From the NCBI GenBank assembly GCA_040881995.1, contig JBBECD010000164.1, positions 1-20,012 of the forward strand: DNA of 20,012 nucleotides, written 5' to 3'. The notes under the pieces were generated by a model. The model was given only the letters and a program-made list of their open reading frames with translations, did not search any database and was not told the origin of the DNA. This stretch comes from Planctomycetaceae bacterium. GTDB taxonomy: Bacteria > Planctomycetota > Planctomycetia > Planctomycetales > Planctomycetaceae. The position numbers and the translations under genes were made by a program. Shown one piece after another: positions 8,456 through 16,799 of the stretch (position 1 is the stretch's first letter; the number at the start of each line of letters is the position of its first letter).

Positions 8456-10045
8456 TCACTCCCCGGCGGTTTTTACTTCCGCTTCGCTGACGGGCGCAGT
8501 CCCTTTGGCGTCTTCACCGATCTGCTCGGGGGCGAACTGATCGAAGATCTTCATGATCGGGCTGTCGGCGGTATTCACCATGATCCGCTGATACGCCGAC
8601 GAAAGTTTCTGATACAGCACGTACTGCGAATACTGGCGACCGTTTCCGGAGAACGCCGCCACCGCGGCTTTCCAGCCTGCGGCTTCGGCCTCGTTCTGGA
8701 ACTCGATGACTTCGGCTTCGGCCTTGCCCTTCGCCATAATCGCCGCCGCTTCATCGTTTGCGGCATCGAGGCGGAACTGGGCCACGGCCTTCTTTTCATC
8801 GGCCTTAGTGAGGGCCACTTCCTGTTCCTGCTTGGCCTGCGTGGTCAGCTTGATGACCTGCTGATCGGCGGAAACCAACGCCTGCTTCTGCAGCACGAGA
8901 GCTTTTTCGATCGCCAGTTTCTGTTCCGATTCCTGCTGTAGAATCTGCTGCTGAAATTGTTTTTCGAGCTGCTTGGCGATTTCCCGTTCGCGCACCGGCT
9001 TGAGAATCTGCTCGGGAGGACTGATTCGCGTGATGAGCGCCTGCACGATGTCAATTCCCTGCGGCTGGCATTCCGTCCGCAACTGATGTTGAAACGCCTC
9101 CTGGAACTTGCTGCGGTCGCCCATGAACTCGCGTCCGAGGATGTTCGACCCCTGCAGCCGGCAAAAACTTCGGGCGTTCGGCAAAATGATCTTGCGGATG
9201 ATGTCTTCGTCGATGTTTTGGCCGTTCGCCATCTCGTTGTAGATCACGTAGACTTCGGCGGCCTTTTCGGGCATCACGTGAAATTCGATCACGCCGTCGA
9301 GGCTCACCCAGAAGCCGTCTTTCGACGGGAATCCCATATCTTTTTTATCCGCGAGGTTGAAGCGCTGGCTGCGGCAATCGACGAGGCTGATCCGTTCGGC
9401 GTACGGATTGTAATAATACGTGCCCGGGTCGAGAGCTTCTTTTTGCACGCCCCGTTCGCCCGGTGCGGCCAGCAACGCATTGAGATCTCTCGGCAGTTTT
9501 CCGGCGAGATTTGTGACCACTCCCTTAAAGCCGGCGGGAACCGTTTGCGGTTCGTGAATCTCGACAACAAACATATAAGGGTTGACCGGATAACGGCCGG
9601 GATTGAGCACCTGCGGAATGATCCCCTTCGTCGTCACGATATCGGGATCGGCGAGCACGTTTCCTTCAGATTTGAGATGGGCCAGAAACTCGCCATGCGG
9701 TAAATCGTCGCCGCACAGGTTGATCAGCACCCCCAACTCTCCCGCGGGGATTTCGATCTGCTTGTGGATTTCCCAATCCCAATAGAACGGGTTTTTGAAG
9801 TAGCGCCCTTCCGTCAGCACTCGGCGCTGCACCCCTTTGTATTCTTCGCTGGGGGCGATTTCCATATCGTTGGCGAGATCTTTTCCCGCCTTGGAAATCA
9901 ACACGGCAATCTCGCCGGTTCCGACGTCGATGCGGAACATCTTGTAGACCATGTAACTCCCGGCGAAGAGCATCACGAGGCCCAGGGTCACGGGAATCCA
10001 CGATTTTCCCTTCGGCCGTCGTTCCAGAAAGATGGTGTGTGACAT
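8456..10045 (-). CDS. SPFH/band-7 (flotillin-like) membrane protein, paralog of 6662..8344
   Basis: TM helix (IPVTLGLVMLFAGSYMVY). SPFH core FPSKDGFWVSLDGVIEFHV...ILPNARSFCRLQGS. Gln/Glu-rich coiled coil. N-terminal modules share GxxGVxxNLxGxxLPxGEFL with the paralog. ATG at 10045. Alternative GTG start at 10078. Confidence 0.85.
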   Translation of the reverse strand: MSHTIFLERRPKGKSWIPVTLGLVMLFAGSYMVYKMFRIDVGTGEIAVLISKAGKDLANDMEIAPSEEYKGVQRRVLTEGRYFKNPFYWDWEIHKQIEIPAGELGVLINLCGDDLPHGEFLAHLKSEGNVLADPDIVTTKGIIPQVLNPGRYPVNPYMFVVEIHEPQTVPAGFKGVVTNLAGKLPRDLNALLAAPGERGVQKEALDPGTYYYNPYAERISLVDCRSQRFNLADKKDMGFPSKDGFWVSLDGVIEFHVMPEKAAEVYVIYNEMANGQNIDEDIIRKIILPNARSFCRLQGSNILGREFMGDRSKFQEAFQHQLRTECQPQGIDIVQALITRISPPEQILKPVREREIAKQLEKQFQQQILQQESEQKLAIEKALVLQKQALVSADQQVIKLTTQAKQEQEVALTKADEKKAVAQFRLDAANDEAAAIMAKGKAEAEVIEFQNEAEAAGWKAAVAAFSGNGRQYSQYVLYQKLSSAYQRIMVNTADSPIMKIFDQFAPEQIGEDAKGTAPVSEAEVKTAGE

Positions 10046-10136
10046 GATTGGTACTCGCTTTTGGCTGTTCGAATCCACCGGAGGGAAACTCGTGCGGATC
10101 TAAAATCAATTGCCGGGATTGCCTTCTTGGTGTTCA

Positions 10137-10343
10137 GGCCCAAGGGGCCGGCAAGTCTAATAGCCAGGCCCGCAGGGCCTGGTAGGCAGTTCCCTAAAAT
10201 CTTCTTCTCGGCCCAACGGGCCAACAGTTTATTGCCCTCACGTCGTTCCGTTTGAACTGCCGGCCCTTCAGGCCTCTTGCCTATTGGGGGGCTCGATTCC
10301 AGGGGCTTCGCCCCTGGCTGGGTGAACTGCTGGCCCTTTGGGC
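10137..10343. repeat. Array of six GC-clamp mini-hairpins GGCCC-N3-4-GGGCC spaced 25-50 nt apart
   Basis: Six hairpins read directly: ggcccaaggggcc, ccaggcccgcagggcctgg, ggcccaacgggcc, ggcccttcaggcc (imperfect), ccaggggcttcgcccctgg, ggccctttgggcc. Confidence 0.6.
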
Positions 10344-10791
10344 CGGAAGAGAAAGGCTGTTTCGTCAATCGAGAGTTGTGACATTATTAACCTGAGACTC
10401 AATAACCATCTATGCGCGTCGCAGTTCTTTCTGGCTCTTGTCTCTTGACCCTTGATAGACAACGGAAGATGTCCCCGCGCGGTTCACGAAAATTCCGCGG
10501 CTGCGATCCTTTGCCCGGAAAAGTTGACGTCACCTCTTCAGTTAACGCTTCCATCGGAAGAATAACCGTCGGGAGACTCTTCGAAGTTTTCCGTTTCTGC
10601 CTGAACGGAAGAGTCACCCGTCGAGTTGATGGATTGTAACGATTACGACGCCGGATTCACACTGTCAGAATCGGCGTGATCGCTATTCTTGACGGAAGCT
10701 CGTTACTCTCGCCACGGATTAAGGTCTTTCCATCTTTGCCATCCCGCCAGGCGTTCGATGTAGATCGTGCGACAATGAGTCAGGATGAGAA

Positions 10792-10836
10792 GCCTAGCGC
10801 TCCGCTGCGGAAACCCTCCGCGTCGCGGCTAAACGG
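10792..10836. repeat. Dispersed repeat family B, copy 3
   Basis: cctagcgctccgctgcggaaaccctccgcgtcgcggctaaacg, 18 nt upstream of the sthA RBS. Confidence 0.8.
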
Positions 10837-10853
10837 AAAAAAGAGGTGCAGAG

Positions 10854-12509
10854 ATGACATACGATCTGATCGTGATTGGCAGCGGGCCCGCGGGGCAAAA
10901 GTCGGCGATCGCCGCCACGAAACTCGGCAAAAAAGTGGCGATCATCGAACGCCAGAAATCGCTGATGGGGGGGGTCTGCCTGCATACCGGCACCATCCCC
11001 TCCAAAACGATGCGCGAAGCGATTCTGCACCTCACCGGATACCGGCAGCGCGACGTCTACGCCGATCAATACCGCCGCAAGCGGTCGATTACCATGAACG
11101 ACCTCCGCCGCAAACTCGCGCACGTCACGCAGCTCGAACTCGAAGTCATTCACGATCAGCTCGAACGCAACGGCGTCGAATTCTTTTCGGGTCAGGCCCG
11201 GCTCGCCAGTCCGCATCACGTCGAAGTCCATTCACACGATGGCGGCACGCAAGTCCTCTCGGGCGAATTCTTCATGTTGTGCTGCGGCACCAAACCCGCG
11301 CGGCCCGCTCACATTCCGTTCGACGGCAATTGCATCTTCGACTCCGATGAGATCCTCAATCTCCAGCACATTCCCCGTTCGATGATCGTCGTCGGCGGCG
11401 GCGTGATCGGCATCGAATACGCCATCATGTTCGCCACCCTGGGCGTGCAGGTCACGGTCGTCGACGGCCGCGAACGCTTGCTCGATTTCTGCGACCGCGA
11501 AATCGTCGACACGCTGCTGCATCATGCCCGTTCGTTGAATATGACGTTCCGCCTGGGTGAAGAAGTGGTCGGCATGGAACGCCGCGGACCGCAACTCGCC
11601 GCCGTCCATCTCGAAAGCGGCAAACGTCTGATGGCAGAGACCGTGCTCTACAGCGTGGGACGAGTGGGTGACACTGACGATCTGAACCTCGCCGCCGCCG
11701 GCCTCGAACCCGACGAACGAGGCCGGCTGTGGTGCAACGAGTTTCATCAGACGTGGGTGCCGCACATCTACGGCGCCGGCGACGTGGTCGGATTTCCCGC
11801 GCTGGCCAGCGTGTCGATGGAACAAGGCCGCCGCGCCGTCTGCCATGCCTTCGGAGCCTCGTTCGACGCCTGCAATCACATGCCGTACGGACTGTTCACG
11901 ATTCCCGAAATTTCGATGGTCGGCAAGACCGAGCAGCAACTCACCGCCGAAAAAGTTCCGTACGAAGTCGGCATCGCCCGGTATCGGGAAATCGCCCGCG
12001 GGTACATCGTCGGCGATCAGACGGGGATGCTCAAACTGCTGTTCCACCGCGAAACCCGCAAGCTGCTTGGCATTCACTGCATCGGCGAAATGTCGACGGA
12101 GATCATCCACATCGGCCAGGCGGTCCTCGCCCTCGGCGGCACGATCGATTACTTCCGCGACACGGTCTTCAATTACCCGACGATGGCAGAGTGTTACAAG
12201 GTCGCCGCGTTCGACGGGCTGAAAAAGTTGAGCTACGACTGCGAACCATGCGAGGTCGTTCCGAGCGTCGACGCCGACGTCAACGACTATATGGCGGTCG
12301 CGTCGCGAAAGGCATCGGCGTCGGAGCGAAACGCGACCCCGACCGAGAGCACAAACTTCTCAGTCCGCCGCGAAGTGAAACGAAATCTGATTACGACGGG
12401 CGAGACGACCGGGATCGTCCCCCCTGCCGTCGCCAATCCATTCGAAACGATCGCGACGGTCCCGCAGTCAATCGACAGCGAAGCGGAGGCGGACGAGTTG
12501 GCGGTTTGA
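10854..12509 (+). CDS. sthA: Soluble pyridine nucleotide transhydrogenase (Si-specific NAD(P)+ transhydrogenase) with an ~85-aa C-terminal extension
   Basis: FAD motif IVIGSGPAG. Single-Cys [13 protein letters not shown] as in E. coli SthA (GGGCTHWGTIPSK). Near-identical block [27 protein letters not shown] (E. coli [27 protein letters not shown]). RBS AAGAGGTG. Confidence 0.9.
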   Translation: [551 protein letters not shown]

Positions 12510-12531
12510 GCCCATATCCCCACGAACTACG

Positions 12532-12969
12532 TCACGTCCCCGATGTCTTCAGTTCGAGTTTCAATTCCCCGTCGTGAGGAATCGTCACCGTGAGCGGCGT
12601 TTTGTCTTCCGTGGCGTAGACTTCGGGGAGCAGCGATTTCATCGCTTCGGTCTTGCCGGTCGAGGGGTCGAATTTTTGGACGGTGATTTTGTATTCGCCC
12701 GGTTTGACCCCTTCGTTCTGGATCGTGACCATCTTGAACTTGCCGCCGTCGCGCGTGCTGGCGTGGGCATGTTTGCCCGTGTTCTCGTCCAGGGGAATCA
12801 GCACGATCGAGGCATCGTCCACCGGCGCGCCGTCCAACGTGACGACGCCGGTCGTTTCGTGATAGGTTTCGCCGCTGCCGCAACCGCCGATAAACGCCAG
12901 CGCTAGAATCGCCGGCAGACAACGCCAGCGGGCTGCGCCGATCTTCTTGTCGTTGTGCACGTTGCTCAT
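12532..12969 (-). CDS. Small lipoprotein (lipobox LAFIGGC), carboxypeptidase-regulatory-like beta domain. The usual partner of DUF1559 genes
   Basis: Signal peptide plus lipobox. ATG overlaps the upstream TAA stop (TAATG), so translationally coupled. Beta-rich 145-aa product. Confidence 0.7.
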   Translation of the reverse strand: MSNVHNDKKIGAARWRCLPAILALAFIGGCGSGETYHETTGVVTLDGAPVDDASIVLIPLDENTGKHAHASTRDGGKFKMVTIQNEGVKPGEYKITVQKFDPSTGKTEAMKSLLPEVYATEDKTPLTVTIPHDGELKLELKTSGT

Positions 12970-13910
12970 TATTCCGTCACCGCCTCATCGCCTGCCACCG
13001 TGCCGAGATTCTGCCAGATCTGCATGCTGATGTTCTCGGAATAGAACTTGACGGCGCCATCGGCCATTAAAGCGAAGACGCCCCCTTCGTGAAAACTCTT
13101 GAATCCGCGAGCGATCGGCCAGTTCCCCCAGTTGCCCCCTTTGAGGCCGCAGGTATCATACAGCCGCAGGTTGATGCCGTTGGAGGTCGTGTAGCTGTTC
13201 ATGTCGCCATAGGCCCAACTCGACCAGTTGCAGCAGTTGGGAATAATTTCGGCGATGGCGATCGTCGAACTCGACCCGTCGATGATGTGCTTCATGCCGC
13301 GACGCCGGGGATAAAACGAGTCCCCCGCGAGGCTCTTGTCGGATGCGAACCCTTCGCCTCCGGTCGCCGAACAAAATCCGTTGGGGCTTGTCGACGGGCA
13401 AGTATAGACTGGGCCGGAGTACAGATAACTCGTGGCGGAGCTCCGCGCGACGCCGTTCATAAAATCGCGGCCGTAACGGTCGCCGCTGTCGATGACTTCC
13501 GTCGCCGTGGGATCGGAGGGACACGTAAAACCGGGGATCACCGCTCCCGCCAGGTCGGCGTTGGGAGCCACGCGGCCGCTCACGCTGAAGTTGAACTTGT
13601 TGTACAGCGGGGCCTGATCCATGTAAGGCAACAGGTACACGTGGAAGTTAAACGTCGGTGTGAAATCGACGGAATATCCGGGCCACGAATGCTGACTGAA
13701 CGAAGGAGGAAAGAGCTGGTGGGCGTCGTGATAATTGTGCAACGCCAGCCCGAACTGATGCAGATTATTCTGACATTGGCTCCGCCGGGCCGCTTCGCGG
13801 GCCTGCTGAACGGCGGGTAACAATAGCGCGATCAGCACCGCGATAATCGCGATGACGACCAACAGTTCAATCAAGGTAAATCCCCGCGTAATACGCCTAT
13901 TTCGATTCAT
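12969..13910 (-). CDS. DUF1559 (H-X9-DG) prepilin-type N-terminal cleavage/methylation domain protein
   Basis: N-terminus [54 protein letters not shown] is the canonical Planctomycetota DUF1559 signature. RBS AAGGGGA. Confidence 0.9.
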   Translation of the reverse strand: MNRNRRITRGFTLIELLVVIAIIAVLIALLLPAVQQAREAARRSQCQNNLHQFGLALHNYHDAHQLFPPSFSQHSWPGYSVDFTPTFNFHVYLLPYMDQAPLYNKFNFSVSGRVAPNADLAGAVIPGFTCPSDPTATEVIDSGDRYGRDFMNGVARSSATSYLYSGPVYTCPSTSPNGFCSATGGEGFASDKSLAGDSFYPRRRGMKHIIDGSSSTIAIAEIIPNCCNWSSWAYGDMNSYTTSNGINLRLYDTCGLKGGNWGNWPIARGFKSFHEGGVFALMADGAVKFYSENISMQIWQNLGTVAGDEAVTE

Positions 13911-14134
13911 CGAATACTCCCCTTAAATACCAGCGAGCGACATCAGAATATTTGCGCGGAAGCGACGTCTCCGTCAGCCATCTCGTGCACAAATGAATGG
14001 AGCCATTGCGTTAATCCACGATCTTGACGAGGGCGAAAAACCGTTCATGCTATCCTAACCTCGCCGCCGCGACGTTGTCCAGCGGCGACAGGGTGATGCC
14101 GTAAATATCGCAAGAAGTCCCCTGTCTGAAGAAA

Positions 14135-14296
14135 ATAATGGTGGTGTCCTAATTTGGAAGAACTCAGCGGGTGGCACGTCCCTGAGCGGCTGTTCGGATG
14201 CAATACCGTGCGAAGGGCGTGGTTCTCTTCAGCAATCGACACGCCCGTCGAAGACTCCGGGACGTGCCACCCAAATTAGGACACCACTAAAATAAT
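14135..14296. mobile_element. MITE-like element or large structured palindrome. About 35-bp terminal inverted repeats around a ~75-bp core
   Basis: Left arm aataatGGTGGTGTCCTAATTTGG(12-nt insert)GGTGGCACGTCCC. Right arm GGGACGTGCCACCCAAATTAGGACACCACtaaaataat. Nested imperfect hairpin in the core (cgaagggcgtg...cacgcccgtcg). Confidence 0.5.
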
Positions 14297-14315
14297 CGAG
14301 AGACGGCAATGCGGC

Positions 14316-14343
14316 TTGCATTCTACATATTTTTGTGTAGAAT
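14316..14343 (+). promoter_or_regulatory. Sigma70-like promoter TTGCAT-N16-TAGAAT overlapped by a palindromic operator ATTCTACA-N8-TGTAGAAT. Candidate Rrf2 autoregulatory site
   Basis: Read directly. The -10 element ends about 30 nt upstream of the Rrf2 ATG. RBS AAGGAGAG follows. The 8+8 palindrome has an AT-rich centre typical of Rrf2/NsrR sites. Confidence 0.55.
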
Positions 14344-14372
14344 AGAGTCCGTTCTTCAAAAGGAGAGACGCG

Positions 14373-14801
14373 ATGCTCACGAAAACGGCGGAATACGCGC
14401 TTCGCATCGCCGCCTGCCTGGCGGCTGACGGCGAAGCTCCGGAATCGGCCGATCGCCTTGCCGAAGTCACCAAGATTCCCAGGCGATATTTGCCGACCGT
14501 GCTGCAAGATCTCGTTCGCGCGGAACTGGTTCGATCCCGTTCCGGTCCCGGAGGGGGATATTCGTTGGCGAGACCCGCCGATAAGATCACGATTCTCGAC
14601 GTCGTCAACGCCGTCTCTCCCCTCGAACGAATTCGACATTGCCCCCTTGGATTGCCCTCCCATACGCGGCTTTGCCCGCTACATAAAGTGCTCGACCAGG
14701 CCTATGCGGAAACCGAAAAGGCTTTCGCCGGCGTGACGATCGCGGACGTGCTGAACTCCGTCACAGACGTCGTCCCCCTCTGCGATGTTTCATGCTCATG
14801 A
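14373..14801 (+). CDS. Rrf2-family transcriptional regulator (NsrR/IscR-like) with non-canonical Cys spacing
   Basis: N-terminal wHTH MLTKTAEYALRIAACLA. GGGYSLARP motif. Cys cluster CPLGLPSHTRLCPLH plus C-terminal PLCDVSCS. Strong RBS. Confidence 0.85.
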   Translation: MLTKTAEYALRIAACLAADGEAPESADRLAEVTKIPRRYLPTVLQDLVRAELVRSRSGPGGGYSLARPADKITILDVVNAVSPLERIRHCPLGLPSHTRLCPLHKVLDQAYAETEKAFAGVTIADVLNSVTDVVPLCDVSCS

Positions 14802-14893
14802 GATGTCATGCGCCGTCATCCACGCACGACATCAAACGTTGTGTCCCGCCATCAACTTAAAAAACTCCCTCATATAGACGCAGGAACAAATCG

Positions 14894-15550
14894 ATGAACA
14901 TCATCCATGCTATTCGCCCGAAAATCGTTTGTGCAGCCGCTCTCGGGCTGAGCTTTGCGTCGGCCTTTTGCGTCGCGACGGCTCAGGACGAAGTCCCCGC
15001 CGCGAAATCCAAAAAACGCGCTCGACCGGCACTCACCATCGAAGACAAAGATCGCGTCTCGGTCGACGTCGCACGCGACCGAGCCAGAACCATGCACGAA
15101 GTTTACGCGGCGACGCTGGAAACCATGCATCACCATTATTTCCACGGCGACAAGGCAGCCGTCCCGGCGCGTGCGATGGAAGACACCTTCTACTCGATCA
15201 AGCACGAGCTCAAAATCGAGGCACGCTGGATTGCCGTAAACGCCAGAGCCATGAGCATCGATCACGAAGCCGAAACCGAATTCGAAAAGGACGCGGTCCG
15301 CGTTCTCTCGTCGGGCAAGTCGGCTTACGAAAACGTAGATAAGGGCTTCTATCGTCGCGCGGGAACGATACCGCTGCACGGGGGCTGCATCCGCTGCCAC
15401 AGCAATGTGTTCGGAGAGCCGCCTAAAGTCGCGAAATTCGCGGGGCTGGTGATCAGCGTGCCGATCCATCTCGAGGGCGAACAGGCCGATCCCGACGCGG
15501 CTGAGTCGGACAGCGTCGAAGCCAAAAAAAGCAGCGCCCCCGCCGAATAA
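14894..15550 (+). CDS. Secreted c-type heme protein, DUF3365/Tll0287-like (PAS-like heme sensor domain). Paralog of 15632..16192
   Basis: Signal peptide (AFCVATA-QDE). Single CXXCH (GGCIRCHSN). Conserved blocks HEVYAATLETMHHHYFH, RWIAVNARAMSIDH, GFYRRAGTIPL shared with the downstream paralog. Confidence 0.7.
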   Translation: MNIIHAIRPKIVCAAALGLSFASAFCVATAQDEVPAAKSKKRARPALTIEDKDRVSVDVARDRARTMHEVYAATLETMHHHYFHGDKAAVPARAMEDTFYSIKHELKIEARWIAVNARAMSIDHEAETEFEKDAVRVLSSGKSAYENVDKGFYRRAGTIPLHGGCIRCHSNVFGEPPKVAKFAGLVISVPIHLEGEQADPDAAESDSVEAKKSSAPAE

Positions 15551-15631
15551 CGGACTTCACCCCCGCCGCGGTCATCCGCCGACCGCAACTTCCCTCCTGT
15601 TTTTCTCCCTCAACTCACCCCGAGGACCATC

Positions 15632-16192
15632 ATGACGAACTCCATAGGGATCATCTCCCCGATCGCGGTCTGTCTATCGGTATTGACCATCAGCCACGGC
15701 AGCGATTCCTCTAAGACGGCGCCTCAAACCGCCGGCAGTTCCGCTGAGAAAATCGCAGCAAAAATTGAACCTCCCACGTTGGCGGCAGCCCGCCGGCAGG
15801 CTGAAATCCTGCACGAGGCGATGCACGATACGCTGCAGATCGTGCATCACCAATATTACCGCGAAGACCAGGGTCTGCCGATTCCCGCCGCGATTTTGAA
15901 GGAGGTTTTCGCCGAACTCGAAAAAGAACAGCACGTCACGCTCCGCTGGCTCGCCGTCGAGGGGCAGGCGATGAACACCGACCACAAACCCCAAGACGAT
16001 TTCGAACGCGCGGCGGCGAAGGCGTTAGGTTCGGGCCAACGGGCCTATGAGGCGGTCGAAGCAGGCCTCTACCGCCGAGCCGGCCCGATCACGCTGAACA
16101 ACCATTGCCTCAAATGCCACGTCCCCGACCGCAAGAGCACCGAAGACCGCACCGCGGGATTGATCATCTCGATGAAGATTGAAGCGGATTGA
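15632..16192 (+). CDS. Secreted c-type heme protein, DUF3365/Tll0287-like. Paralog of 14894..15550
   Basis: Signal peptide. CXXCH (NHCLKCHVP). Blocks HEAMHDTLQIVHHQYY, RWLAVEGQAMNTDH, GLYRRAGPITL. RBS GAGGA. Confidence 0.7.
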   Translation: MTNSIGIISPIAVCLSVLTISHGSDSSKTAPQTAGSSAEKIAAKIEPPTLAAARRQAEILHEAMHDTLQIVHHQYYREDQGLPIPAAILKEVFAELEKEQHVTLRWLAVEGQAMNTDHKPQDDFERAAAKALGSGQRAYEAVEAGLYRRAGPITLNNHCLKCHVPDRKSTEDRTAGLIISMKIEAD

Positions 16193-16226
16193 TCACAAGA
16201 GCACTCCTAGCAGCCCGCGTTCTTCC

Positions 16227-16517
16227 TCAGAGGGTGAATATTTGGAAGAGATACCAGATCACGGCCAAGCCGGCGACAGCCAGGATGACAATCAACACGA
16301 CCGCCAGCCATTGAGTCGACGCGCGGTCGATCGTGCGGACATCGATGGCATGCCGCAATTTCGCGGCTTCGGGATTCTCATGATACTCAGGATGAGGGTG
16401 ATCGAACGGAGCCGTCAACTTCTCCTCGAATTTTTTCTTGTCGAAGTCGGGAGGGGTCGGATTATCGCCGAATTCGGTTTCGGTGTTCATGATCTCGCTC
16501 CTGAAAACATTGCTCAT
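16227..16517 (-). CDS. Small 96-aa tail-anchored membrane protein (C-terminal TM), unknown function
   Basis: RBS AAGAGG 5 nt upstream of the ATG. Acidic, His-containing N-terminal part (FDHPHPEYHENPE). Single C-terminal TM helix WLAVVLIVILAVAGLAVIWYLF. Confidence 0.5.
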   Translation of the reverse strand: MSNVFRSEIMNTETEFGDNPTPPDFDKKKFEEKLTAPFDHPHPEYHENPEAAKLRHAIDVRTIDRASTQWLAVVLIVILAVAGLAVIWYLFQIFTL

Positions 16518-16762
16518 ATCGGCCTCTTATCATTCTACCTATTCGGGTGTGGTGTCGCAAAGTTGACGAGTCTTATTTTGGGAAGTTCGGGGTGGCTGGG
16601 GTCGAGTCTTCGAGCCCCCAGCTTTTCGCGCAATCACTGTGGGCGGTCGAAGCGACCGACCACAGCCACCCACCATAAGATCACATCTGCGTGCGACGTC
16701 ACACAAGAGCAAACCAAGAAAACAGCGGTCGCTTTTGAACCGCGGGTTTCGCATCACGACGT

Positions 16763-16799
16763 AAAAAAACTGCCGAACCCCATCAGCGGGTTCAGCAGT
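16763..16799 (-). terminator. Rho-independent terminator on the minus strand (stem ctgcCGAACCC/GGGTTCagcag followed by a U7 run)
   Basis: On the minus strand: gctgaacccgctgatggggttcggcag then TTTTTTT. It lies 35-70 nt downstream of the stop of the His-rich gene. Confidence 0.6.

Noticed and set aside
10061-10080. tRNA T-loop-like GTTCGAATCC motif
   Set aside because: The flanking sequence cannot form a T-stem or acceptor stem. The motif lies inside the N-terminal coding region of the SPFH gene on the opposite strand.
10137-10343. Possible CRISPR array
   Set aside because: Repeats are only 13-19 bp, they are hairpins of variable sequence, the spacing is irregular, and no cas genes are nearby.
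10412-10639. 75-aa ORF in the long sthA upstream region
   Set aside because: No RBS. Arg-rich composition. Overlaps hairpin structures. More likely non-coding leader.
11232-12577. ORFs 11232..12110 (minus) and 11729..12577 (plus) overlapping sthA
   Set aside because: Overlap the conserved SthA frame. Arg-rich low-complexity translations.
16596-16629. Plus-strand hairpin GCTGGGG...CCCCAGC followed by TTTT
   Set aside because: Terminator-like, but it sits 400 nt downstream of the nearest plus-strand gene and beyond a convergent gene. Function unclear, so not listed as a feature.
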